From Clostridia bacterium (GTDB taxonomy: Bacteria; Bacillota; Clostridia; Oscillospirales; CAG-272), in NCBI GenBank assembly GCA_017387685.1, contig JAFOEU010000055.1:17602-81601 (forward strand): DNA of 64,000 nt, written 5' to 3'. Positions 10,043 to 19,469 of this stretch are shown piece by piece. A program made the translations under genes and the position numbers. The notes below the pieces were generated by a model, which saw only the letters and a list, made by a program, of their open reading frames with translations, did no database searches and had not been told where the DNA came from. Every line of letters starts with the position of its first letter. The first letter of the stretch is position 1.

Positions 10043-10597
10043 ATGAAAAACGAAATTCTGGCGCAAGCTATGACGCACATCGACGATGCGCTGATAGCCG
10101 AAGCAGATGAAAGACGCTCGCGCGGATCAAAGATCACCGCTCGCAGTCTGATGAAAAATGCCTACCGTTGGGGCTCGATCGCCGCTTGTATGATACTCGC
10201 GGTCGTAGTTCTCATCACGGCTACTCTCAGCGGACAGGACGTCCTTCTCTACGGCGAAAGCATTGCCGATTCACCAAGAACCGTCAGCGAATATATGCCC
10301 CTCGCTCTGGCACATATCGTTGAGACCCTCGAGGCTCCGGACGTTCAGATCCCACTCGAGCTCGAATTTAAAAAGGAAACAAAGATAACACTCACGTCGG
10401 GCAGCATGATCGTTCTTGATGAGAACGGCGACACGCTCTGCGACGGCACCGAATATCTCGCATCGGGCAGCGTTTCCCTCATCGTCACCCTCCCCGGAGA
10501 TGCCGAGAAATGCATTATCGAAACCGACAGAGGTTACAATATCGTACTTACGCAGGACGGCGAGTCCCATATCTGGTACGTTAATATAGAAAAATAA
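10043..10597 (+). CDS. putative membrane anti-sigma factor
   Basis: Follows the ECF gene; AMTHIDDALIAEA N-terminus and IAACMIL TM segment typical of clostridial anti-sigmas. Confidence 0.65.
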   Translation: MKNEILAQAMTHIDDALIAEADERRSRGSKITARSLMKNAYRWGSIAACMILAVVVLITATLSGQDVLLYGESIADSPRTVSEYMPLALAHIVETLEAPDVQIPLELEFKKETKITLTSGSMIVLDENGDTLCDGTEYLASGSVSLIVTLPGDAEKCIIETDRGYNIVLTQDGESHIWYVNIEK

Positions 10598-10639
10598 AAA
10601 AGAGAAAATAATTTTCACACAAAAAGGAGAAAAAACAAA

Positions 10640-11302
10640 ATGAAAAAACTTATTGCACTCACTCTCGCACTTCTTATGCTCACCATGAGCTTTGTTGCTT
10701 GCACCGGTAACTCTGACGAGACCACCGAGGCTCCCGAGACTACCGTAGCTCCCGATACCACCGAAGAAGTAACTGAAGCTCCCGTAGTTCTTCCCTACGC
10801 AAACGCAGCAGAGCTTCTTCAGATCATCTTCGAGAAGTACAACGCAGCACAGGCAACCGACGACACCAAGCTTTGGGTTTGCGGCGGTAACATCAACAAC
10901 TTCGAAACCTGCAATCCCGAGGGTCCCGCAGCATTCGTTGCTCTTGACAACGAGGACTACAACCAGAACCTCGGTATTCCCGCTGCAGAGGCTGACAAGA
11001 TCGCTTCCGCTGCTTCCATGTTCAACATGATGAACGCTAACACCTTCAACTGCTTCACCGTTCAGCTTAACGACGGCGTTGACGCTGACGCTTTCATCTC
11101 CACCCTCAAGGACAACATCCTTGCTCGTCAGTGGATCTGCGGCGCACCCGAGAAGCTCGTTATCGCTAAGGCTCCCGGCAACTGCATCATCGCTGTTTGG
11201 GGCGTAGTTGAGTTCGGCGGTATCGTTGATCCCGTTGCTCAGAGCTTTGCAACCTCCGTTGAGGGCGTAGAGATCGTTGTTGAGCACAACTTCGCAAGAT
11301 AA
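10640..11302 (+). CDS. lipoprotein associated with the MBOAT cluster (DUF4358-like)
   Basis: Lipobox SFVAC, Glu/Thr/Pro linker; codon usage resembling highly expressed genes. Confidence 0.65.
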   Translation: MKKLIALTLALLMLTMSFVACTGNSDETTEAPETTVAPDTTEEVTEAPVVLPYANAAELLQIIFEKYNAAQATDDTKLWVCGGNINNFETCNPEGPAAFVALDNEDYNQNLGIPAAEADKIASAASMFNMMNANTFNCFTVQLNDGVDADAFISTLKDNILARQWICGAPEKLVIAKAPGNCIIAVWGVVEFGGIVDPVAQSFATSVEGVEIVVEHNFAR

Positions 11303-11390
11303 TTAATACTTACTTTTATAAGGGGATATCTGCCCATTTGGGCAATATCTCCTTTAAAAAGACAAAAATTCGCCCAAAGGAGCAAAATTA

Positions 11391-12788
11391 ATGCTTTTTT
11401 CAAGTATTTCATTCTTATTTTACTTCCTTCCCGCGATAATCCTGCTTTACTATATCGTACCCTTTAAGTTTAAAAATACCGTCCTGCTTGCGTTCTCTCT
11501 TTTCTTCTACGCCTGGGGCGGAGTAAAGTACGCGGGACTGATGATCATTGCGATCATCCTCGGATATATCTTCGGACTTCTTATCGAGAAGTTCCGTGAG
11601 CGTAAAATTGCCAAACTGTTCGTCGGACTTGCCGTAGCCTGCATAATTTCCTTTATGCTCTACTTCAAGTATATGGACTTCTTTATAGATAACTTCAACA
11701 AGGTCCTCGGAACCTCGATCCCGCTTCTTAAGATCGTTCTTCCGATCGGTATCTCCTTCTACACCTTCCAGATCATCTCCTACGTCGTTGACGTATACAG
11801 AGGCGAGCGTGCACAGAAGAACCCCATCAACCTTGCCGCTTACGTTGCAATGTTCCCCCAGCTCATCGCGGGCCCCATCGTCCGTTACCACGACGTTGCC
11901 CTTGAGCTTGAAAACAGAACTCACAGCTTCACAATGTTCAGCGAGGGCGCGCGCCGCTTCGTTATCGGTCTTGCAAAAAAGGTACTCATCGCAAACTCGA
12001 TGTACGACCTCAGCGAGATCATGTACGCAGCTGAGGAAAAGACTGTTCTTATGTACTGGATCTACGCTATCTCAGTAGCCCTCTATATCTACTTCGACTT
12101 CTCCGGTTATTCCGATATGGCTATCGGTCTCGGTAAGGTATTCGGCTTCCACTTCCTCGAAAACTTCAACTATCCCTTCATTTCCAAGAGCGCGACCGAG
12201 TTCTGGAGACGCTGGCATATGTCCCTCGGCTCCTGGTTCCGCGACTATCTCTATATCCCCCTCGGCGGAAACCGCGTATCCAAGGGCAGACACATCATCA
12301 ACATCTTTGCCGTTTGGCTCTTCACCGGCTTCTGGCACGGCGCATCCTGGAACTTCATCCTTTGGGGCGTATTCTTCGGAGTTCTCCTTCTTATCGAGAA
12401 GTTCTGGCTGCTTAAGGCACTTAACAAGAGCGTAGTGCTCTCGAGATTCTATATCCTTCTCGCGGCACTTCTCAGCTTTGTGGTCTTCCAGATCCCCACT
12501 CTCCCCGAGGCATTCTCCTACATCGGCGGTATGTTCGGCGCGGGCGGAATTTCATTTGCGAACGCTGAAACACTCTACTACCTTAAGAGCTTCGCGGTAC
12601 TCCTCATTATGGCGATGGTGGGTGCAACTCCCGTAGTAAAGACCCTCGCGATCAAGTTCTCCGAGTCGAAGAAGCTCTCTAAGATCGCAAACGTGCTCGA
12701 GCCCGTTATGATCGTGGTCCTCTTCTTCGTTGTGACCGCCTTCCTCGTTGACTCGTCCTCGAACCCCTTCCTCTACTTCAGATTCTAA
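11391..12788 (+). CDS. MBOAT family O-acyltransferase (AlgI/PatA/DltB-like)
   Basis: LPIGISFYTFQ, FPQLIAGPIVRY, DFSGYSDMAIG, EFWRRWHMSL, GFWHGA, NPFLYFRF. Confidence 0.92.
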   Translation: MLFSSISFLFYFLPAIILLYYIVPFKFKNTVLLAFSLFFYAWGGVKYAGLMIIAIILGYIFGLLIEKFRERKIAKLFVGLAVACIISFMLYFKYMDFFIDNFNKVLGTSIPLLKIVLPIGISFYTFQIISYVVDVYRGERAQKNPINLAAYVAMFPQLIAGPIVRYHDVALELENRTHSFTMFSEGARRFVIGLAKKVLIANSMYDLSEIMYAAEEKTVLMYWIYAISVALYIYFDFSGYSDMAIGLGKVFGFHFLENFNYPFISKSATEFWRRWHMSLGSWFRDYLYIPLGGNRVSKGRHIINIFAVWLFTGFWHGASWNFILWGVFFGVLLLIEKFWLLKALNKSVVLSRFYILLAALLSFVVFQIPTLPEAFSYIGGMFGAGGISFANAETLYYLKSFAVLLIMAMVGATPVVKTLAIKFSESKKLSKIANVLEPVMIVVLFFVVTAFLVDSSSNPFLYFRF

Positions 12789-12802
12789 GGAGGTAAAGAT
12801 AA

Positions 12803-13927
12803 ATGAATACTAAGATCAAAAATATAGTCAACGTCATTGTTTTCTGTGTTGCCGTCTTCGGATTTGCTCTGCTTTGCCTCATTCTTCCGAAGCCCGAATT
12901 TCTCGACAGCGAGCGCCGTCCCGCCGCAGCCTTCCCCACTCTCAATATGGAGAGCATTATGAAGGACGGTCTTGAATACGGCGACAGCTTCATGAAGCAG
13001 TTTGACGATAAATACACCCCCGATAACTTCCCCTTCCGCGATTTCTTCCGTAATCTCAAGTCCTTTGTAAACACCTACGTTTTCAATAAGTCCGACAAGG
13101 ACGGCGTTTACGTTGTAGACGGTATTGCGGGCGAGATGCAGGAGCAGATCGATGAGGATTCGATCAAGCACGCGGCTGAAAAGCTGACCTTCATCTACGA
13201 GAAATACCTCAAAGATAAGGGAATCAAGCCCTATATGTCGATCATTCCCGACAAGGGCTACTTCCTATCCGAGGCGAACGGCTACCTTTCGATGGACTAT
13301 CAGGAATTCATCAAGCAGATGCTCTCGAACGTTGAATTTATGCAGTATATCGATATCACCGGCAAGCTTTCCGTTGAGGATTTCTACGCAAGTGACACAC
13401 ACTGGCGTCAGGAGCAGATCATCGACGTTGCAGAGACCCTTATCAACGGTATGGGCGGTAATTTCAACAGCACCTTCGAAAAGAAGGAGCTTGACGTTGA
13501 CTTCTACGGCGTATACGCAAGCCGCGCACCGAAGCCCCTTGATCCCGAAACCATCTACTACCTCACAAACGGCAACCTTGAAAACGTCAAGGTGACCGAC
13601 TGGGAGAACGGTGGCAAGGAGATCAGCCTCTACGATATGGAAAAGGCGCACGGCAAGGACGCATACGATATGTTCCTCTCGGGCGAGCTTTCGAAGGTAA
13701 CTATCGAGAACCCGAACGCAAAGACAGACCGTGAACTCGTCATCTTCCGTGATTCCTACGGCAGAAGCATCCTTCCCCTTATGGTTGAGGATTATGCGAA
13801 GATCACCGTCATCGATATCCGTTATCAGATCCCGCAGATCCTTCTGATGGGCGTTAACTTTGAGAATGCGGACGTGCTCTTCCTTTACAGCACTCTTATT
13901 CTTAATAATAGCTCTGAGCTGAAGTAA
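12803..13927 (+). CDS. DHHW family (AlgJ/PatB-like) O-acetyltransferase partner
   Basis: N-terminal TM, DNFPFRD, SDTHW, FRDSY; adjacent to MBOAT. Confidence 0.8.
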   Translation: MNTKIKNIVNVIVFCVAVFGFALLCLILPKPEFLDSERRPAAAFPTLNMESIMKDGLEYGDSFMKQFDDKYTPDNFPFRDFFRNLKSFVNTYVFNKSDKDGVYVVDGIAGEMQEQIDEDSIKHAAEKLTFIYEKYLKDKGIKPYMSIIPDKGYFLSEANGYLSMDYQEFIKQMLSNVEFMQYIDITGKLSVEDFYASDTHWRQEQIIDVAETLINGMGGNFNSTFEKKELDVDFYGVYASRAPKPLDPETIYYLTNGNLENVKVTDWENGGKEISLYDMEKAHGKDAYDMFLSGELSKVTIENPNAKTDRELVIFRDSYGRSILPLMVEDYAKITVIDIRYQIPQILLMGVNFENADVLFLYSTLILNNSSELK

Positions 13928-14110
13928 GTTATGATCTCGCTTCGCGAGAGTTATAATCCGCCTTTCAGGCGGAGTGATAATGTATTTGCCTTCGGCAAAT
14001 GTCGACTCTGACTTCTCGGCTTATGCCTCCATTTTCCTTCGGAAAACCGTCAGAGCCGCTCGCTTCGGCAAAATAAAGGTGAATTTCCGCCCCTCGGGGC
14101 GGAAATTTTC
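13928..14110 (-). repeat. leader + TTATCAC/mini-hairpin array pointing at the DHHW stop, interrupted by a ~65-nt repeat
   Basis: tctcgcttcgcgaga GTTATAA tccgcctttcaggcgga GTGATAA ... TAAAGGTG aatttccgcccctcggggcggaaatt; 14001-14062 recurs inverted at ~55519-55580. Confidence 0.75.
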
Positions 14111-14139
14111 ATTTTTATAAAAATATTTTGAAAAAAGGC

Positions 14140-14168
14140 TTGACAAACCGATCGATTTGTGCTATAAT
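14140..14168 (+). promoter_or_regulatory. sigmaA promoter of tRNA-Arg
   Basis: TTGACA-N17-TATAAT with extended TG. Confidence 0.85.
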
Positions 14169-14198
14169 ATTTAAGCGTTATACGAGATATAACGAAAT

Positions 14199-14275
14199 GC
14201 GCCGTTAGCTCAGCCGGATAGAGTGTTTGGCTACGAACCAAAAGGCCGGGGGTTCGAGTCCCTCACGGCGCGCCA
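14199..14275 (+). tRNA. tRNA-Arg(ACG)
   Basis: Cloverleaf GCGCCGT...ACGGCGC-G-CCA; anticodon arm tttgg-ctACGaa-ccaaa; GGTTCGAG T loop. Confidence 0.95.
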
Positions 14276-14320
14276 CGAAAAAAGCACCGAAGCAAAGCTT
14301 CGGTGCTTTTTTCGTGCCAC
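14276..14320. terminator. bidirectional terminator after tRNA-Arg; duplicated at ~14477-14507
   Basis: cgaaaaaagcaccgaagc-aaa-gcttcggtgcttttttcg. Confidence 0.8.
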
Positions 14321-14507
14321 ACCGTTCGATAACTCGAACCCCGATGTGTTTTCGCTTGCGAAAACACATCACTGCTCGCGCTACCGCAGCACAAAATTAT
14401 CAAACCCAATAACGCGCGAGCTGGGGGTTCAGAGTCCCGGAGAAAATACCTTGCACCCAAACTTAGTTCGGGCGCTGCACCGAAGCAAAGCTTCGGTGCT
14501 TTTTTCG

Positions 14508-14584
14508 TGTCCCACCGTTCGATGCTCGAACCATAGACCTTCAGAGTCGGAGTCTGATGCGCTATCCGGCTGTTCCACGGGCAG
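14508..14584 (-). pseudogene. degenerate tRNA-Arg(CCG) copy
   Basis: 5' two-thirds nearly identical to 61241-61317 (anticodon arm identical); T stem and acceptor stem mispaired; ends ACA instead of CCA. Confidence 0.7.
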
Positions 14585-14696
14585 AAATATTACTTCATTA
14601 TTATACTATATAGATTGGTAAAAGTTAAGCATTTTGGTCGTGTGATATGGACAAAAACTTTGAAATATGTTATAATAAAATAAAAAGGAGTAAAAA

Positions 14697-15209
14697 ATGC
14701 CACACGGAATCGCCATTGTCGGGCTCAACGGCAGCGGAAAAACCACTCTCGGGCGTGCGCTTACGGATGCGCTCGGTTATTTCCGCATTGACGTTGAGGA
14801 TTATTACTTTCCCGCGGAGGGAGCATTTAATGAAGCGCGAAGCCGCGACGAGGTCGAGCAGTTGATGCTTGAAGATATTGAAAAGAACGGAAATTTCGTG
14901 CTTTCCTCTGTTTGCGCGGATTTCGCATCAATTGAAAAATATTATTGCCTCATAGTTTATCTTGAAGCACCAAAAGAGATGCGACTTGACCGTATAAGAA
15001 AAAGAAGCATTGATCGCTTTGGCGAACGTGTCCTTCCGGGCGGCGATCTTTACGAAAGCGAGGAGAATTTCTTCGCCTTTGCCGCAAAAAGAACGCCCGA
15101 AAAGATTGAAAATTGGTTGCCGAAATGCACCTGTCCCGTCCTCCGTATTGATTCGACCAAGCCCGTTTCGGAGCTCGTCGGCGCGATCTCAAGGGTTTAT
15201 AAAAAGTAA
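14697..15209 (+). CDS. P-loop nucleotide kinase-like protein (AAA_17/18)
   Basis: GLNGSGKTT Walker A, DVEDYYF, RFGERVLPGGDLYE. Confidence 0.75.
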   Translation: MPHGIAIVGLNGSGKTTLGRALTDALGYFRIDVEDYYFPAEGAFNEARSRDEVEQLMLEDIEKNGNFVLSSVCADFASIEKYYCLIVYLEAPKEMRLDRIRKRSIDRFGERVLPGGDLYESEENFFAFAAKRTPEKIENWLPKCTCPVLRIDSTKPVSELVGAISRVYKK

Positions 15210-15376
15210 GTCGCTCGACATATAAAAATATTAGAAATTCATCAAACAAATTTGCATAAAACACTTGACAAACGGCAAACTACATAGTACAATATATAGT
15301 AGATAATTCGACGAAAAAACACCAAATATTCGGTTTTTCGCCTTTACTATAAATTTAGTACACACGGGAGAAAAAA

Positions 15377-15901
15377 ATGTCATATAACAGACGTACACTC
15401 TCTCCCGACTCTCCATTTGCCATCGCGGCGGCGCTCCTTTTCTTTGCCGCAGCGGCTGTCAGGACGGTCGGTTTCGTTCTCTCATACAGCGGAGAATTCT
15501 TGCTTTTTGACCTTTTCATCGAGCTTTTAGTGCCTGCGCTTTGTTGCGTCGTCTTCGGCGCAATGCTCATTACAAGAAAAAAGAGCCTTATCCCGACGGT
15601 TTTCCCCATCGTCGGCGGCTCACTTTATATAATTTTCCGCGCCGTCGGTCTTGAACTCTGGCAGGCGGTGACGGTAACCATCCTTTACGCTATCTTCGCC
15701 ATCGTTTATATCCTCACGGTAACCGGAATTCTCAACACCCGCCGCGTGCTGATGTTTTTCTGCATCGGCGTTGCACTTCTTTGTCTTATCGCAAACAGAG
15801 TGGGCGAAAGCGGATCCTTAACGGGCGTGCTTTCGGTAGTATTCGTCCTTGTCGCCGTTTTCTTCGAGGCAATCGGTATGCGCCGCGGAAGGCTTTATTG
15901 A
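15377..15901 (+). CDS. hypothetical multi-pass membrane protein
   Basis: Several hydrophobic segments; GGGAG RBS. Confidence 0.65.
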   Translation: MSYNRRTLSPDSPFAIAAALLFFAAAAVRTVGFVLSYSGEFLLFDLFIELLVPALCCVVFGAMLITRKKSLIPTVFPIVGGSLYIIFRAVGLELWQAVTVTILYAIFAIVYILTVTGILNTRRVLMFFCIGVALLCLIANRVGESGSLTGVLSVVFVLVAVFFEAIGMRRGRLY

Positions 15902-15927
15902 GATAATAGTTAATAATGAATAAGAAG

Positions 15928-15958
15928 AAAAAATCCGCCGATTTCGGCGGATTTTTTC
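15928..15958. terminator. bidirectional terminator
   Basis: aaaaaatccgccga-tt-tcggcggatttttt between convergent genes. Confidence 0.8.
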
Positions 15959-15960
15959 AT

Positions 15961-16848
15961 TTAAAGATTGATTATCAAAAGTCCCAAGAACGTAATCGCG
16001 ATGCTGATCCCCGACTTGAGTGTCAGCTTTTCCTTGAATAGAAACGCCGACATCAGTGTTCCGATCGCCATCGTTCCGCCCTGACTGAGGGTGTAGAGCT
16101 TGGCGGCGGAGAGGTAGTTTGCGGCTTCTGTCTTGAAATAGGAGTTTGCATAGAGACAAACCGCCATTATCAGCACGAAATACCATGTCTTTTTCAGAAT
16201 CACCGTCGCGCCGTTCTTTTCCTCGGTCTTTTTGCCCGCGGTCATTGCGGTGTAGAGGACGATGAGCGTTACCGCGGCGAATACGTAGGAGCAAAGCTGG
16301 AACTGCGCCGTAGTGGTGTCGAGTCCCGAATAAATGAAGGCTTTCTGCGAAAAGTCGGTCATTCCGTTCGCAAGTCCGCAGAGGATGACCACGGCGAGCG
16401 TCTTCAGCGTCGGCTTGATCTTCGTTCCCGCGTGCATCAGGTACGCGGCGAAAACAAGTACGCAAAATCCGATGACGTCGCGGACGGTTATTTCTTCCTT
16501 ATAAATGACGAAGCTCATAAGGATAGTCACGCCGACTCCGAGCATCTGAAAGACCTCGAGCATCATATAACCGCTTGAATTTGCGGCGAAAAGCCACGCG
16601 GCAACGAGAATTGCGGTCGAAATGCCCGAAAAAGCGGCGTAACCGATCAGCTTCGGGGTGATCTCAAGACCGAAAAATCCGCCCGTGACGGCAAGAATGA
16701 TTGCCGAGGTGCCGATGCACATAAGCATTCGGAAGAAGCAGATGAGGAGCGTGTCATTCAGCTTTGCCGAATAACGGCTCATCTGCTTTCCGCAATAGCC
16801 CTTGATATTGTTCGTAAGCAGCGCGATTGATAGGAATATATAACCCAT
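15961..16848 (-). CDS. DMT/EamA family transporter (last gene of the arg cluster)
   Basis: About 10 TM helices in two repeats, FVIYKEEIT and FLFKEKLT motifs. Confidence 0.75.
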   Translation of the reverse strand: MGYIFLSIALLTNNIKGYCGKQMSRYSAKLNDTLLICFFRMLMCIGTSAIILAVTGGFFGLEITPKLIGYAAFSGISTAILVAAWLFAANSSGYMMLEVFQMLGVGVTILMSFVIYKEEITVRDVIGFCVLVFAAYLMHAGTKIKPTLKTLAVVILCGLANGMTDFSQKAFIYSGLDTTTAQFQLCSYVFAAVTLIVLYTAMTAGKKTEEKNGATVILKKTWYFVLIMAVCLYANSYFKTEAANYLSAAKLYTLSQGGTMAIGTLMSAFLFKEKLTLKSGISIAITFLGLLIINL

Positions 16849-16860
16849 TTTTATGCGTTA

Positions 16861-17763
16861 TTAAGACATCAGCTTGACCATAACAGCCTTCTGCGCGTGC
16901 AGACGGTTCTCTGCTTCCTCAAAGATCTCGGCGGCGTGAGCCTCGAAGACCTCGCTTGTGATCTCCTCCTCGCGGTGTGCGGGGAGACAGTGGAGCACGA
17001 GCGCGTCGGGTTTAGCATAGGTCATAACGGTGGAGTTGATCTGGTATCCCTTGAATGCCTCGCGGCGGATAGCGGCTTCGCCCTCCTGACCCATCGACGC
17101 CCAGACGTCGGTGTAGAGTGCATCTGCGTCCTTTGCGGCTTCCTCGATCGACTCGGTGCAGAGGAAACGTCCGGTAGCTTCTGCCCACTTCATAATTTCA
17201 GCATCGGGCTTATAAGCCGCGGGACAAGCGATCGCAACGCTCATTCCGGCGAGGATACAGCCGACGATGAGGGAGTTTGCCATATTGTTGCCGTCACCGA
17301 TGAAGCAAAGCTTCTTGCCGTGCAGATCGCCGCGGAGCTCGCGGATGGTCTGCAGGTCTGCGAGCACCTGACAGGGGTGAGCGTAGTCGGTAAGACCGTT
17401 TATGATCGGGATCGAGCCGAATTCTGCCATATCCTCGACCTCCTTCTGGTCGAAGGTACGGATCATAATGCCGTCGAGGTAGCGGGAGAGCACGCGGATG
17501 GTATCTGCGGTCTCCTCGCCTCTGCCGATCTGAAGGTCGTTGGAGGAGAGGAAGAGACCCTTACCGCCGAGCTCGTGGATGCCGACCTCGAAGGAAACGC
17601 GGGTACGGGTGGAGGACTTGCGGAAGATCATACCGAGGGTCTTGCCCGCAAGATAAGGCTTTTTGATGCCCGCCTTGCGCTCGGCTTTGAGCTCGTCAGC
17701 AAGGTCGAGGATGGAGTAAAGTTCTTCCGTTGTAAGATCGGAGAGTTTGAGCAAGTGTTTCAT
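16861..17763 (-). CDS. argF: ornithine carbamoyltransferase
   Basis: SSTRTRVSF, HPCQ, TDVWASMGQE, HCLP, EAENR. Confidence 0.96.
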   Translation of the reverse strand: MKHLLKLSDLTTEELYSILDLADELKAERKAGIKKPYLAGKTLGMIFRKSSTRTRVSFEVGIHELGGKGLFLSSNDLQIGRGEETADTIRVLSRYLDGIMIRTFDQKEVEDMAEFGSIPIINGLTDYAHPCQVLADLQTIRELRGDLHGKKLCFIGDGNNMANSLIVGCILAGMSVAIACPAAYKPDAEIMKWAEATGRFLCTESIEEAAKDADALYTDVWASMGQEGEAAIRREAFKGYQINSTVMTYAKPDALVLHCLPAHREEEITSEVFEAHAAEIFEEAENRLHAQKAVMVKLMS

Positions 17764-17785
17764 TATATTTTTCCCTTTCGGTTTG

Positions 17786-19384
17786 TTACGGTGATGTTTT
17801 TCCGTCCGAGCAGATTATGCTTTTGACGGTATTGTATTCCAGCCAATCCCTACCCTTGACGATCGTTCCCCATTCGGAGGTGGTGCCGCCGTATACGATC
17901 TCGGATAGCTGATTGCAATGGCTGAACATATATCTGCCGATCTCCGCGAGCGTCGCGGGGAAGTAGGCTTTTTTAAGATTGGGACAATGGAAAAATGTGT
18001 ATTCCGCGACACGCGAGACGTTTTTGCCGAGTGTTATTTCAACGAGCGAGGTGCAATTATCAAAAGCTCTTGCACCGATCGTCTTGACTTTGTCCGTAAT
18101 AATGACCTCGGTGAGGTTGCCGTCCATTTTGAACGCTTCCGCTCCGATATCAGTGGCTCCGACGGTAACCTTAACGAGCTCGGTGCATCTTCCGAATGCT
18201 CCGCTCCCGAGAGTTTCGACCGTATCGGGAATGATGACCTCAGTAAGAGATTGACAACTCATAAACGCCGAACCGCCGATCTCGGAAATTGAGTTTCCGA
18301 AGCTCAGTGAGCGCATCTGAGAGCAGTTATAGAATGCCTGACTGCCGATCTTTTTGAGGCTGTTTGGAAAGAGCGCCTCGGTGATCGCTGCATTGTAAAA
18401 TGCCGCTTCTCCGATTACCTCAAGCGAGGGCGAAAATATGACCGTTTCCAAATGCATACAATGCTCAAAAGCACGGTCGGCGATACTTTTGACGTTTTTG
18501 CCGAGAGTCAGAGATGATATTTGAGTGCTTTTGAAAGCGGTGATTCCGATTTCGGATACGCCGTTGCCGATATATACAGAGGTGAGAGGAGTTGAGCTAA
18601 AGGCACTTTCACCGATCACGGTTAATTTTTCCGGTTCATCGGCATCACCGATTACGGCATTTTCAAGAGAGTTGCAGAGATAAAAGGCGCAAAGACCGAT
18701 ATTCTTTACCGACGCGGGAATGACAACGCTCTTTATAGTATCGCAGCCTTTGAAAGCCTCAGTGCCGATCGCGGAGACGGGAATTCCGAGGTGTACTGCG
18801 GGAATAACGATATCGGTATCGGTACAAGAGCCGATGCCAACAACGGTGTAGGCACCGTTCGCAAGCTCAAACGCAAGATCGTGGTCTGCCCCCTCGCGCG
18901 AGCCGCACAGAGTGCATATTCCGTCCACAAAGCTGTGGGTATTTGCGATCTCAATCACCTGAGCCTCTTTTTCGACGTAGCCGCAATTTGAGCAGACCGC
19001 CCCCGCGCTCATTCCCTCCGAAATGCAGGTAGAAGAAAGCTCTTCCGTGACCGTGAGCGCGTGTCCGATCGGTGGCAGAGCCTCTTGCTCGAGCGTATGA
19101 ATTCCACAGACCGTGCAGAAGGCGCCCTCGGTTGCGCCCGCCTCCGTGCAGGTTGCGGGACGCGCGGGTATTACTTCCTCGCGGTGTGCGGCGGGGGAAC
19201 GCTCGGTTTCAATATTGCCGCAGAGTGTGCATACACGGCAACGGAAGTAGTTTTCCGAGCAAACGGGAGCGTCCGAAACCTCCCATTCTCCGAACTCATG
19301 GCGGCACTGCGTGTCATCCGAGCAAGAGCAAGCAATAAATATACATAAAACGGTGCTCAAAATGGCCCAAAAGGTCTTTTTCAT
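17786..19384 (-). CDS. BspA/TpLRR leucine-rich repeat lipoprotein with Cys/His-rich repeats
   Basis: Lipobox IACSC, ATCTEAG...CTVCG repeats, repeated IGxxAFxxCxxL. Confidence 0.85.
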   Translation of the reverse strand: MKKTFWAILSTVLCIFIACSCSDDTQCRHEFGEWEVSDAPVCSENYFRCRVCTLCGNIETERSPAAHREEVIPARPATCTEAGATEGAFCTVCGIHTLEQEALPPIGHALTVTEELSSTCISEGMSAGAVCSNCGYVEKEAQVIEIANTHSFVDGICTLCGSREGADHDLAFELANGAYTVVGIGSCTDTDIVIPAVHLGIPVSAIGTEAFKGCDTIKSVVIPASVKNIGLCAFYLCNSLENAVIGDADEPEKLTVIGESAFSSTPLTSVYIGNGVSEIGITAFKSTQISSLTLGKNVKSIADRAFEHCMHLETVIFSPSLEVIGEAAFYNAAITEALFPNSLKKIGSQAFYNCSQMRSLSFGNSISEIGGSAFMSCQSLTEVIIPDTVETLGSGAFGRCTELVKVTVGATDIGAEAFKMDGNLTEVIITDKVKTIGARAFDNCTSLVEITLGKNVSRVAEYTFFHCPNLKKAYFPATLAEIGRYMFSHCNQLSEIVYGGTTSEWGTIVKGRDWLEYNTVKSIICSDGKTSP

Positions 19385-19420
19385 AATATTATCCGTCCTT
19401 TACAAACATTAGTTTATAAT

Positions 19421-19449
19421 ATTATATCATAAAGTACGAATTTTTTCAA
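19421..19449 (-). promoter_or_regulatory. internal sigmaA promoter for the LRR gene (and argF)
   Basis: TTGAAA-N17-TATAAT with extended TG on the minus strand. Confidence 0.65.
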
Positions 19450-19469
19450 TAAGCGAACTGTTTAAGGTT

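Noticed and set aside
10271-11287. 338-aa minus-strand ORF and similar long antisense ORFs over arg, mnmG and ptsI
   Set aside because: Expected antisense open frames of GC3-rich, codon-biased genes.
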